This document shows, piece after piece, positions 11,834-24,842 of a stretch of DNA of 64,000 nt (position 1 is its first letter; the number at the start of each line of letters is the position of its first letter). The notes beneath the pieces were generated by a model. The model was not told the DNA's origin. It was given only the letters and a program-made list of their open reading frames with translations, and made no database searches. Location of the stretch: the NCBI GenBank assembly GCA_001662655.1, contig KV460249.1; one strand, 5' to 3'. The position numbers and the translations under genes were made by a program. The stretch comes from Pseudogymnoascus verrucosus. Its lineage: Eukaryota.

Positions 11834-13457
11834 ATGAAGGTCAACATGCGCTCTACCGTGGCTCTCACCCTTGCTGCCCTGGCTTTTGGTGCTGTCACTG
11901 CCAACGCCCACAACACCCTCGACGAGGTCAGTGAGTATCATGTCACCGAGGTTGACACCGAGACTGTCGATTGCACCGACACTTCTTCTCTCCCAGACTT
12001 GTAAGTTTCAGCCCCTTCCAATATTTATCTTATCTAACCTCTGTTTAGCTCAGTCAATACCTTTTACTCCACCCATGTGCACCAGTCAGTCAAGTACACC
12101 TTGTCCAGTGGGCATACCTTGGCCCTCCCAACCGAGGTCATTGGTGGCTTGAATGGCTTGACCAGTCTTTTCCATTTCTACTCTCACACCGAGGGACAGC
12201 AGATTACTTCTGCCACTACTTCTGTTGAGGAGCAGCCAACTGTGTCATCTGCCGCCTCTACGGCCTCTACTTCCACTGGGGAAAAGCCAATCATCTCGAC
12301 TGTCCCGTCGTTCACCAGCACCGTGGTTCAGCCAACCTTTGTTTCGATCCCTGTTGCCAGCGAGCCTGTTCCTGTTGTTGCTCCCTCCAGGTAAGACTTT
12401 TATCTGATCTATCCTTGAAACAAATCTTTGGAAACCAACCCTGAGAATCAATTTTGGGTTCTCCAATCTGGTTCTCCGATCTTTGGAAACCAATCTTGGA
12501 AAATCAATCTTTGGAATCATCATTGAGAAACAAGCTGACATTGTACAGCAGCGCCGAAGCTCACTCTGAGGCTTCTACCGAACCTGTCCCTGTCACTACG
12601 TAAGATCACAAAGTTTACTGACCCCCAATTCCAACATTCTCTAACATCATTACAGTGCCGAGCAGCCTTCTGCCACCAAGGAAATCATTCCTCCAGTCGT
12701 CAGCACTGAGACTCCCCTGGCCAACCCTCTCCGCCCATCCGTCACGTACGTACCAATTTCTCTTGTCTTCTTATTTCCTTCGTCATCATCTCTAACACTC
12801 CCCCAGCCCCAGTGATACCCCCACCAGCACCTCAATCACTTTGACCACAACTGAGACCCTGCCAAGCGTTCCAATCCCTCCAGTGAAGGAAGGCGTATCC
12901 CAGGTTTCTTCAGAGGCATCTGAGGCAATCCCAAACCCTCTCAAGACTCACGTCGGTCCCCCTATTGTCTCGGTTCATTCCTCCATCTTGGACATGACCA
13001 CCGAGACACTGACCAACTCCCACACAACCGTGGTGACTGTCATTGAAAACCCTACCGATACTCCTTTTGCAGTTGACTGCTTCTCCACCACCTACGTTAC
13101 TGTTTACTCTCCCCCCAGCCCCCCGGCCTCAGAAGCCACCTTGTCAGTCGCTCCTTCACCATTCCTATTTTACCACCCTCCCTCAATTCCCCACCATCAA
13201 CCCCCACACAAAGAAACAAGCTAACAACCTCCAGTCCCCCCAGCTACACCGCAATCGCCCAACCCCCCACCACCATCGTCGCCACCGGTGTCCCCCACCC
13301 AAGCAACAACACCACCGTCGTCGCCACCGGCATCCCACGCCCAAACAACACCACCACGGGACAAACTCTCCCACCGATCCACGGCGCCGCGCCCACTCTC
13401 TCCGCCACCCCTGGCATCCTCCTCGCCTTCTGCGGTCTGATCTGCTACTTGATCTAA
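11834..13457 (+). CDS. Secreted Ser/Thr/Pro-rich, probably GPI-anchored cell-surface protein (multi-exon)
   Basis: Signal peptide MKVNMRSTVALTLAALAFGAVTANA. Several short GT-AG introns (e.g. from 12001, 12391, 12600). S/T/P/V-rich exons and hydrophobic C-terminus GAAPTLSATPGILLAFCGLICYLI*. A 5'UTR intron lies at ~11663-11821. Confidence 0.75.
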
Positions 13458-14131
13458 TCCCATGCAGGGTCGCCTTCTGCACTCAGTATATTGCGGACAA
13501 CAGGCGTGTATTTGTAGAAACATACAGTTACGTATGATAGTTACCAAATTTTCTGATTTCGTTCTGTCCTTCAACCAAGGCTGCTCGTGTAATGTCGGAT
13601 CTTCGCGGCGGTGCTTGAGGGTTGGAAGGTTCAGATGGGAAGTGTTTATTGAAAAGATGGAGATGGGCGGCTAGGTGCAGCTGGATCGTTTTTGCGTGGG
13701 TCGGTGCAGGCTGGTGTTTGGTCTGGACGGCGGACGGCGTTCATAGGCTGCAGTTAGGATGGGAATACAAACTTGTCTCTTTGATTTATTGTATGTGTGA
13801 GTGCGTGCAGATCAAATGTTTGATACTTGTAAATTGTCTGTCGCATCTTCTTCACACCCAAAGAACCGATCTGAACAAATAAAAATTTCCTTTTAAGGTA
13901 GCTACTTTTCGATGAAGGCTACGCATATAAATACAACCCACCACCCCCGAAACACGCATATAGAAGCTGTCTACAACTTGCGTTCTTGTCTTTTTTAAAC
14001 CGCAATTCACAGCCGGGAAAACGCCCAAGCCAGACCGCAACGCCATCACCACTAACATATCCCACCCCAAACCCATCAAAATAACCTCCTCCCCCCACCC
14101 CTCCCCGCCTCCAAACAATCCATCACCTCTC

Positions 14132-15388
14132 CTACGCACCCTTCCCCATCCCCCTCCTCGCCTCCTCCTCCCTCAACCCCTGTCTCCTCTTCCACTCTCC
14201 CTTAATCTCCCCCGCCGCGCCAATCAGCTCCGCCTCTGTCACGCGATCCCTAATACTCTCAATAACACTCTCCACCGTACTACTATGATTCGCCTTATCC
14301 TTATCATCCCTAAACCGCATGAACCTCCATCTTCCACTATCATCCATCGAGCACTCCACCACGCGCTCATGCAGCGGCTCCCCCCTCGCCTTCAAATCCT
14401 CCCACTCCCCCTCTTCGAGATGAAGGGTGCCGTACCACTTCTCACCGCGGTCGCCGGTCCAGACGAAGAGTTTGACGACGGGGAGGGCGTCGTAGTCTGT
14501 CCAGCTCCCCGACTCGTCTTTGACGACCGCGAAATCGAGACGCATCAAGAAATCTACACTGTTTTCGTTCTCCGGCTTCCACTTCAGGATCCCGGGGTCA
14601 GTACCGTACCGATACGCTGCCCCGCGACATGTGAAGATTAACCCATCGTTTCCATGCGGTAGCCCGGGGAGCACGGCGCGGAACATCATCTCCAACCCGT
14701 AGGGGAGCTGCATATCTTTTAGTTGGACTTCAAACGGCATATGCGGCTTTTCCTCGGGAAACCTCCTCAGGAGCTCCTCATACGGCGCAAACACCCCGTC
14801 CTTGAAATACGCGAGTCGTTTATCCAATGTCCGGCTGATCAGGGGTTTGCGGTCGAGAGTCAGACAGTCGAAAACGAGGTAGGTGGCGCGGAGGCCGGTG
14901 GGGAGGTTGTCGAGGACGAGCTCGCCGTCGATGAGAGTGTTGGTGTGGAAGGAGGCAAAAGAAGGGTCGTCTTTGAGAGGGAAGTGGAGGTTGGGGATGT
15001 ACCAGTAGTCGTTGCGGCGGTCGATGAGGAAGTGGGCTTCGGAGCCGTTGGTGGGGTCCGCGGTGCAGTAGAGGAGGTAGCGTTGGCCGTCGGACTTTTC
15101 GCAGACGTAGTAACTACATTGCCACCACCATTAGCTGTTTATTCCCAGATCTAATTGTCCAGTGTGACCCTGGTTGAAAGCGGAGGGAGGGGGGTGAGGG
15201 GGGGGTACGCACTCTTGCTTCATCAACTCCCCAATATGCTTTCTCGAGAAGCTAACCGGTTGCGCCCCCGGAAACCCCTTCTGACTCCTCCCCAGCAGCC
15301 GCGCGACCTCTTCGCGCAGCGGGCGCGCGTCTTCATCGCTCAGCTTCTCGCCTGGGGCAGAGATGTCGATGAGTTTCGCCTGCGCCAT
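14132..15388 (-). CDS. CEG1: mRNA capping enzyme alpha subunit (guanylyltransferase)
   Basis: FPGAQPVSF, intron 15114-15212, catalytic YYVCEKSDG (KxDG), then DGLIFT, LKWKP and WRFMRFRDDK. Confidence 0.95.
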
Positions 15389-15878
15389 GGTTGCGCTTCC
15401 TTTGTCCTCTCTCTGTGGCGTGAGGTGCGTGTGGTTCGGTTTGGTGGTTTACTTGGACTTTAGAGGGTAGGATGGGCGTTTGGTTATATGGGTGTAGAGG
15501 CTTGGTGGAGGAGGGGTATATTATAGAGAGCTGGGGGGCGCATAGGTGAATTCGAGGACGAGGCAGCGAGTCGAGACCGATATTGCCCGATTGGGAGGCG
15601 GTGGAAGTTGAGATCGGGGGAAGTGTAATTCCGGTCCGGGCTACACCACTTATCAACTACCAGCCAGGTCAGCGCAGTCCATCCCTCTCACAAAAATCCA
15701 TCAAACTCTCTTTCATCATCAAAGGACTCCTTGAAAGTTTGCTGTCGGTCGAGTTTCCGTCCTCGTCAGACACCCAGTGAGAGGACGTTCATATCTGCCT
15801 CAGCTCACCCACTTGTTGCTCACTTGTGCTATTTCTATGTTCTGCTTCTTGTCTGTTGAGACAATTGTGCTTTGCTTC

Positions 15879-15978
15879 GTCAAACTTTACGCGCCTGTCC
15901 CGTACCATGTTTGTCCGGTTTGTTGTAGGCTACAGCAAAGCGGATGACATGGTGGGGGACAGGCGGGTGGAGTGTGAC
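15879..15978 (+). ncRNA. Candidate structured RNA / milRNA precursor hairpin, copy 1
   Basis: Hand-folded 100-nt stem-loop: GTCA/TGAC, ACTTTAC/GTGGAGT, CGCCTGTCCC/GGGACAGGCG, ACCATGT/ACATGGT, TCCG/CGGA, TTTGTTGTA/TACAGCAAA, loop GGC. Confidence 0.55.
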
Positions 15979-16223
15979 TGAGTGTAATTATTTCCACGGA
16001 AACGTTTGGGGTTATAGAGATAGCTATAAGTGGGAAAGTGCGTGGGTTTGGGTGGCTCTTTAGACCCTTCAAAGGACTGACTCCTTGGATCCTTCTTACC
16101 GATCGAGTTTTCGACCCCGTCAGACACCCGATGGAGGATGTAACCAGCCGTCCTATCTCGCTCATCCGCTGCCTTGTATGCCCTCTAATCCCCTCCTTCC
16201 ATCCGTCGAGATACTTGTGCTTC

Positions 16224-16323
16224 GACAAACTTGATTTGCATTTTCCACACCATGTTTGCCCGGTTTGTTGTAGGCTACAGCAAAGCGGATGACATGGTGG
16301 GGGGAAGGCAAGTCAAGTGTGAC
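16224..16323 (+). ncRNA. Candidate structured RNA / milRNA precursor hairpin, copy 2
   Basis: Same upper stem as copy 1. The lower stem differs in sequence but still pairs (ACTTGATTTGC/GCAAGTCAAGT; TTTTCC/GGGGAA). Confidence 0.55.
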
Positions 16324-16961
16324 CAAGTGTAATTATTTCACGGACGGTTTGGAAGAAGTTAGAGGTCGTACAGGTCGGCGAATAAAGAGGTTCGAGTAAC
16401 TGTTTATACCCTTCATTGGGCTGTCTGATGAAGACGAGGTTAAGTAGGAGGATGGCTGAGGGGTGATGGTGGGGATGGTATGTCCTCGTGCAAGTGATCT
16501 GAGGAACTGACATAGGTCATGATATCAAACTACTTCGAGATGAGAATGCGAACACATCCGCTGAGAACTGGGTTATCACCGCTGGCACTAGGCATTATGA
16601 CTTCTATTCGAGAGAGCAAGTTGTAGTTTTATCAAAGGAGCAGGCCAGTGCACATACGGAGAGGGCACGTATGGAGAGGCCGCACACATATGGAGACTAC
16701 ACTCCAAGCAATATCAAAATACTGAACCACCATATCCAGAAAACTCGTGAATGCTTGGACTATAGTACAATGACCAAATCCATCCCATGCCTATATGAAG
16801 CGGGTATCCCAGATCCCCTCCCCAACGCCGCAGTAAACCCCCCCCAAACACCCATCCATCCAGACCTCCCAGCAGCCTATCTCGAGTCCGTCAAATCCAA
16901 AAACTCCAGTACCCAGCACCCACCATCCACCCCCCACCCCCCCTCACCTCCCTCACCTCCC

Positions 16962-18496
<1,535 letters not shown>

Positions 18497-19432
18497 AGCA
18501 CCAATTAACATCTATTCCTCTTATACCATATCACAGCACCGCGGCGCATCTCCTTTCAATCCAGCCGCGGGTGGCTGGGGGAGCACATGCGCAGCTGGGA
18601 GGAAAGCACACACCTTTCTTCGTCTCCGCCATAATAATTGTATATTCCCAATAATCCTGCTCTCAAAAAATATAAACACCCCTCTTCGTGCTCACTTCAC
18701 AAACCCTCGTCCCTTTTTTGCGCTCCTGCGTCGATTGACGTCCTGACGTCGCGAGGCTGTGGCTCGCCTACCGGGGTAAGTAGTGTGGCTTTCGCAGTGC
18801 TGTGGCGGCGCCTTGGTGGCCGGTCGCGCGGTCGCAATGGACGAATTTGCGAACGACGCGCAAGGTACGCTGGGGTGTGAGGGATAGATGGATGGTATAT
18901 AGATGAATAGAAGTAGGAGTAAGAGATGGAGATGGGATGAGATGGATGGGGGGTATTTGTAGTGGTGGATGATTGATGGAATTGATTGATGATGATGTTG
19001 GGGTGGTGAGGTGCTGGAGCCGAGAGGGTGGTTGTGGTTAGTTTAGCCTCGTCGCGGACGGAGATGTAGTTTACGTGCACTTCACATCAGCAACCACGAC
19101 GTAGAGAGTAGATATGGAATAAATGATGTTTACGATATACTTACTACTCTAGATAATAAACCCCAATTCAGCAGTTGTATATACGAATTGCGCCGATCGC
19201 ACAAGCACACTCACTATTCACATTCATCACACAAAGAAACGTACCATACAGCAACATACATGCCATTATGAGTGACAGTACTTCAACCACTCTACCCCCC
19301 ATCTATCTATCTAATCCCACGCCCCCTCCCACCCGCAACAATGCCATCGCAAGAACTCCAAGATCAAACATCCCCCAAAAAAATGCACGTCTTTAAACAA
19401 CCCATCCACCCATCCGTATATCACACACCCCC

Positions 19433-22400
19433 CTACCTATCCCTCCTCCCCCCCCTCTCCTTCTTCCCCTTCCCCTCTCCCCCCTCCACCACAGCCCCCT
19501 TCTTAGTCGGCCTCCTCACCCTCGGCTGCTCCGAATGCAAATGGCCCAACTCCTCCACCGCCATCCCATTCCGCCACGCAAGACACCTATACGTCTCCCT
19601 CGCCTGCTGCAACACCTTCGTCTGTCTTGCCGAAACGCGTTTCCTCCCCTCATCCTGGCTCGGCTCCTCGCTCGCCGCGGGGACAGGGGCGAGGTACTCT
19701 CTGCGTGCGATCATGTGGGCTTTGATCTTGTCTTCGAATAGCTTGATTTCCTTCTGGAGTTTGAGTTCGTTGACGCCCCGAGGATCAAGCCAGGCGAGTA
19801 AGCCGTCCACACTCTCCGCGTCGTCGTAGTAGGCCCACTCCTTCGCATCGAACACGCTCGTCGCGCCCTCCTCTGCGCGTTTCCGCTCGGGCACGCTGAC
19901 GTCGAATTGCTTGCGGTACTCGGCTTGCCAGGCAGCAGGCATATCGATGTATCCCTCGCGCTCGAGCGGATCCGGGCCCTGGACCCAGAGACAGCCATTC
20001 GCGTACCCGGCATCGGCGGTAGAGCTATTAGGCAGACCGGCATATGGCATTCCGTTGCGCTCAAACCAGTAGTATCTATTCCAGAAGCGGTCCTTACCCA
20101 AGCAGCGTGTGCGCGGGCAGTCGGCTTCGCGGAGGTCGTTGTCGATGACCGCGATCTCTTCTTCGCACTGCTTGATCGTGTCCTGTTTCTTCTGGATGTC
20201 CTTGAGGAGCTTGGTGAACTGCTTTGATTGCTTTGGCATCTTGGCTGCGGCTTCGGCTTTCTCGCGGCGCTCTTGCTCTAATTCGCGCTTGCGTTGGCGC
20301 TCGGCAGCTCGGTCGTTGCCGCGGCGGAGGGAGCGGCCGAGATGGATGTCCTCGTCGGTATCGACTGTGGAGTCCTCTTCTACTTCGGGCTCTTCAGGGG
20401 TGGTCATCTTGGTGTCGCCGTTGACCTTGGCCTCTGGCTCCTCTAATGGAAGGGTGTTAGCAGGAAGGAGGACCTTCCTTTCCTCATTCAGCAGACGCAG
20501 CTCCTCCAGCCTATAATAAAGTTAGCAACTCATTAATATCAAGTCTCAAGTAAGTACTCACGCTATCTTCCGATCGCGCTGCCATTTGATCTTCTCCTTG
20601 CGGAAGCTCGTCATCTGCTCGCTACACTCCTCCATGAACCCACGAATAGCCTTCGTCTCCATAGTAAGCATGCAAATAATCTGCAAGATCTTAATCCTCA
20701 GGTTGATATCGATCCCCGCATACCTCAACCTCGCAGTCTCGACGCTAGGTTCCTCATCGACCGGCGCAAGGCTCTGCAGCAGCTCCTCGCACCGCTTCTC
20801 GAACCTCGGGAACTTCGCGAGTTGGTACAGCAACCCAACGACCACAATCTCCCATCCGCCATTCTTGAAATCGCGCTTCCGTAGCTTCTCTAGCCAATCC
20901 ACGTCCTCCAACATCTCATCGGCTAAGTGCAACTTCTTCTCCTCGGGAGTAGGACTGCGCTCCGCCTCGGCCTTCAGAGCTTCCGCCTCGAGCTTGGCTA
21001 GACTGCTGCGCGTGGCTCTTCCCTTGGGCTTCGGTTCCGGCTCTGGGGTCGGCGTCTGGATGGCGCTTTCGTCGTTTTCGTCGTCCTCGTCTTCGCTATC
21101 GCTATCACTCTCGGGGAGTTGGATCTGGACCTTCCCGCCGTCGCTCTCGGAATCGGCAAGTAGCTTCAAGGTCGCGCAGTGGATCTCCACAAAGAGCTCA
21201 CACTCGACATCCTCAGAGGTGATCTGCATTGCCTCGACGAAGTCGTCGAAGGTGAAAGAGTCGAGCTTGAAAATCTCGCAGTATACGTTCAAAGTGTCCC
21301 AGGTCTCCAACAGAGGTCCCATAGACTCCATGAGAATCCCATTATCCTTTGCCGGGTGGTCTTCGACAGGTACAGGGGTATTCTCTGAAAAGAACTTCAG
21401 CGGTGGTCGTTTAAGTATATCCTCCTTCCTCGGCGCAATCTGCAGATCCTCAATGGGGTATTTAATCGGAGGTGGCGGAGGCGGTTGTATCGGTAGCTGC
21501 TGCATAGGCGGGAACGAGAAAGTCGAGTTGTGGAAGTTGGTGTACTGTCCATTCGTAGGCGGGGTACCATTTCCATTGGGGTAAAATCCGTGCGCTTGGA
21601 ACTGGTGCTGTGGTAAGGCGCGGTGTAGCTGCTGAGCCGGCATCTGAGGCGTAGGGTTCAAGGTCATAGGCTGCTTGCTCTTCGCTAATTGTCCCTGTAG
21701 TTGCTTGCTCTTATGGCTCTTGGGCGCTGGTTTCAGTTCCGGTAGTTTCGGGTTGTTGCCGGGGAACACGCCAACCATCCCATCAAAGTCCGGACCATTC
21801 TTCTTCTGCTGATGTTTCTGTTTCCTCTCAGCCGCGTGGCTCTCGTATTTCAGGTGCTGGGGTACTCGAGTGTCGATATGATATGTCTCGGCGACGTCAG
21901 GCTTCACCAGCCATGGCGCACCCGTCCAAGCCTCCCTCGTAACCGTCTTCTTGATGAACGAGCGCAAGACCTGCTTCGTGAAGATTTTGCGATCGCGTGT
22001 AATATGGTCGTCGTCCACCACTGCCTCCTCAAACGGCCGATTGTCCAGGCTGACAAAGTATCTCGAGAAAGCAGGGCTAACCGTGCCATTGGGCAGCACC
22101 TTGTTGCCAAACCGCGTCTTGTCCCGCACCACACCCGTCAAGCGCTCGCCGCTGACCACATGTACCATTACCACCTCGCCGGGATAGTAATCCTTCTTAA
22201 ATTCGTCATATATGAGGTCCACCAGGTTATCAATTCGTGAGATCGTCTGGAACTGCACACGTCGGAGAATCGGGCCCTTGAGGGCAATAGGGAACGCCTG
22301 CTCGACCTCCTCCGCACCAGCCAGTTCGCTCTTTAGCGCCTCGAAGAAGTTGAGTCCCGAGTGTCCCGTTATTTGGCATATGAATCGGCGCTGCTTGTAG

Positions 22401-22737
22401 AAGTCCATGCTGTGGATTGGTTGTGTTAGAATAGCTGGGGTGGCTGCGTCAGACAGGCGAAATCCCTTACCGGTTCAGATAGATCTCATACTCTGTGAAT
22501 ACCTCTCCCGTCTGTGGAATCACCCACACCTACGCGCGTGTCAGTCTCACCGAGCAGGAGTATCGCGAGGAGCCAGCCGGGAAAGCCAGGCGAGAGAAAG
22601 AAGCTCTTACCTCGGTATCATCATCCGTAATCGTAGGCGTGGTGACATACTGCACCGGTTTCCTCTTAAAGAGCACCTAACCCGCATTAGCCCAGCACAC
22701 CCCACAATCCCCAATCCCATCACCCATCACCTACCAT
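19433..22737 (-). CDS. ITC1: ISW2 chromatin remodelling complex subunit Itc1 (WAC, DDT and WHIM domains), 5 exons
   Basis: Spliced WAC N-terminus M-VLFKRKPVQY...VWVIPQTGEVFTEYEIYLNR-MDFYKQRRFICQITGHSGL. DDT region LLETWDTLNVYCEIFKLDSFTFDDF and WHIM LGKDRFWNRYYWFE. Confidence 0.93.
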
Positions 22738-24842
22738 CGTATCAGCGCCCGCAGGCCGCGGTGTTGTGTTGTCGCCGTGCAGCGCCCTTCAATCTGTCTC
22801 TCGAACCGGAGGTTAGCGCGTCACTCTTTCACCAAAAACTTTATGAGAACTTTATATCCTGCAGGGTGCAGAGCAAACTGCTACTCTGCAAGTGATTCTG
22901 GAATTGATTCACAGTTTTATTTGAAAGGGCCTGTTTTTCTCGCGCGCAGGTTGGAAAAATCCAAAGCTGTCACCGCTGTGGACAAAGCTGGCAAATCGAA
23001 CCGGGGGCGCCCTCGTGTGTGTGGGGGGTTGGCAGAACACTTACGGAAGCGGCTCTTCGACGCGTTCACCTCGCGCCCACTATCGCGCTCTTTCACTTCT
23101 CCGCCCTTGCGTGTCTTCCCTGGGCGATGAGAAAAATCGCGAAAATCGTGGTTGTTGCTGGTGGCCGGGCGGGTTTGTTGTGAATTCGCGTTCTCGTACA
23201 TGGGAGGGAGGGAGGGAGGGAGAAGGGAAAATGTGGGCGGGCGAGGGAGGCAGATCTTAAAAGAGCAGGCATAGTGGCTCTGCTACTACTTACCACTACT
23301 TACTACTTCTCTGGCTCGCTCGCTGCCGTGGAAAGGCGCTAGTCCGGACTGAACTGGGCGGGGATTGGTTGGAGAGGGCAGGCAGAGAAGCAAGACCCGC
23401 CCCGCCGTCCATCCCGCTCTCGCTTGCCCCATCGAACTTTCCACTCCACCACCCCCGAGCTGGGGAAACAACGCGTGAAGGGCTGGAGAGGATGGCGACG
23501 ATGGGGGGATTTCGTGTACTCGTTGGGGAGCGACGGCGAGGGGGAAGAGGATGAGTATAGGTATGTGTGGGGAAGTATAAGGGGGAGGGAGGGAATTAGG
23601 AATATGGCATGTTGTTCGAGGGGGGGGAGCATAGGGGTCGTGGTAGGGGGGGAAGTCGGTATGACCTCGCTGTCCTTCAACGCGTATAGATTTATAGGCG
23701 GTGTACGGCACATATTGTTATATGAGATTAATCCAGGCATCTAGAATTTATTATTGTGTGTACACATGAGAAATACGAAAGAAATGGCGGGAATTATATA
23801 TTGTTGTCGAGGGGGGCGAAGCATAGGGGTCACGGCGGTCAGGGGAGCTGTCAGCACTCTCTCCCTCAACGCATACAGTTCAGTCTTCATACTACTGCAC
23901 GAACAGTCTTATATCATAACTCCACAGCTCTACGCTTTACCATCTCCCTCCTACATCCCATTCTCAGCCTCTATAAACCTCCCATCCCCGCCCCCCCAGA
24001 TCCCCCTCAAAAAGGGGTCCTCCCACCCAAACCCTCCCCGCATCCCTCCATCACCACGCTCTCCTCATAAATTCCCCCAAAAAATACACATCTCTCTTCT
24101 CTTACTCTCACCATCTCTAAACCCTTAATAAAAAATATTCATCTTTAATTTTCCCAAAAATATTCGTGTTCGCCCCCCCCCCGCGCCGCCTCCGTTCCTT
24201 GCATCCCCTTACCCGCAAAACGGCGATTTAACCAAGGTCACAACCATAAAAGTTACCACACCAAACAAATGACGCCGTTAGTCCTAACCACGTTAGGCTA
24301 CCCGGTGATAAGCGAACACGTGACTGTCACCAGCAACCTCCTTCCTTCTCTCCCCTTCCACCGCTGACGGGGACCGGGACTGCGGATAGGATGCTGGTAT
24401 GGTATTGACGGGGTAGGGAGTCAACGTGGTCATCAGGCATTCTACAAGCCAAACATTGATATTTCATAGCAAATAAACCCCCAATAATTCCCATGAATCT
24501 GTTATATCCTTCTCCTTTTCAACCCCCCATAGCTAGTGTTCCAAGCCAACCGCCAGAAGTACAGAGTTTGTATACACATAAACAATGTAAAAATAAAATA
24601 AAGCCCTCGTATCCATCTCTCCAGTAACTAAGACACCGCTCGCCCCCCACCGATCCTATTCTACAACAAAACGCGCAAGAGTTACCAGTAAAATTAAAAC
24701 TCCCCCAAGGCAAGCCAGCCAGCCAGCACCGCAGCGCTCGCTGTGCAACTCCAATCCCTATCCCATCACCACCATCTTACCCCCCCGCCTCCCCAATTTC
24801 CTACCCCTCCCCCCTTATCCCTTTTCCACTACCCACATCACA

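Larger units (their letters stand above)
15719..16352. repeat. Diverged tandem duplication, period ~345-350 bp, two copies
   Basis: Shared blocks TCAAAGGACT (15719/16069), TCGAGTTT..CGTCAGACACCC and a ~54-nt near-identical core ACCATGTTTG(T/C)CCGG...ACATGGTGGGGG (15904/16249). Confidence 0.9.

Noticed and set aside
15907..16332. Paralogous micro-ORFs MFVRFVVGYSKADDMVGDRRVECD* and MFARFVVGYSKADDMVGGRQVKCDQV*
   Set aside because: The differences are mostly non-synonymous and are better explained by stem pairing. Coding cannot be excluded without ribosome profiling.
16648..16700. Three short copies of CACATATGGAGA-like sequence
   Set aside because: Too short and degenerate to separate from ordinary slippage.
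18510..18632. Possible upstream SGF73 exon MAETKK
   Set aside because: The obvious splice puts it out of frame with the main ORF; unresolved without cDNA.
22800..24500. Telomerase RNA or RNase P RNA in the ITC1-SNF5 gap (GGAAAGTTCG on minus at ~23432-23441)
   Set aside because: No TAACCCTAA template and no matching CR-V partner found by eye.
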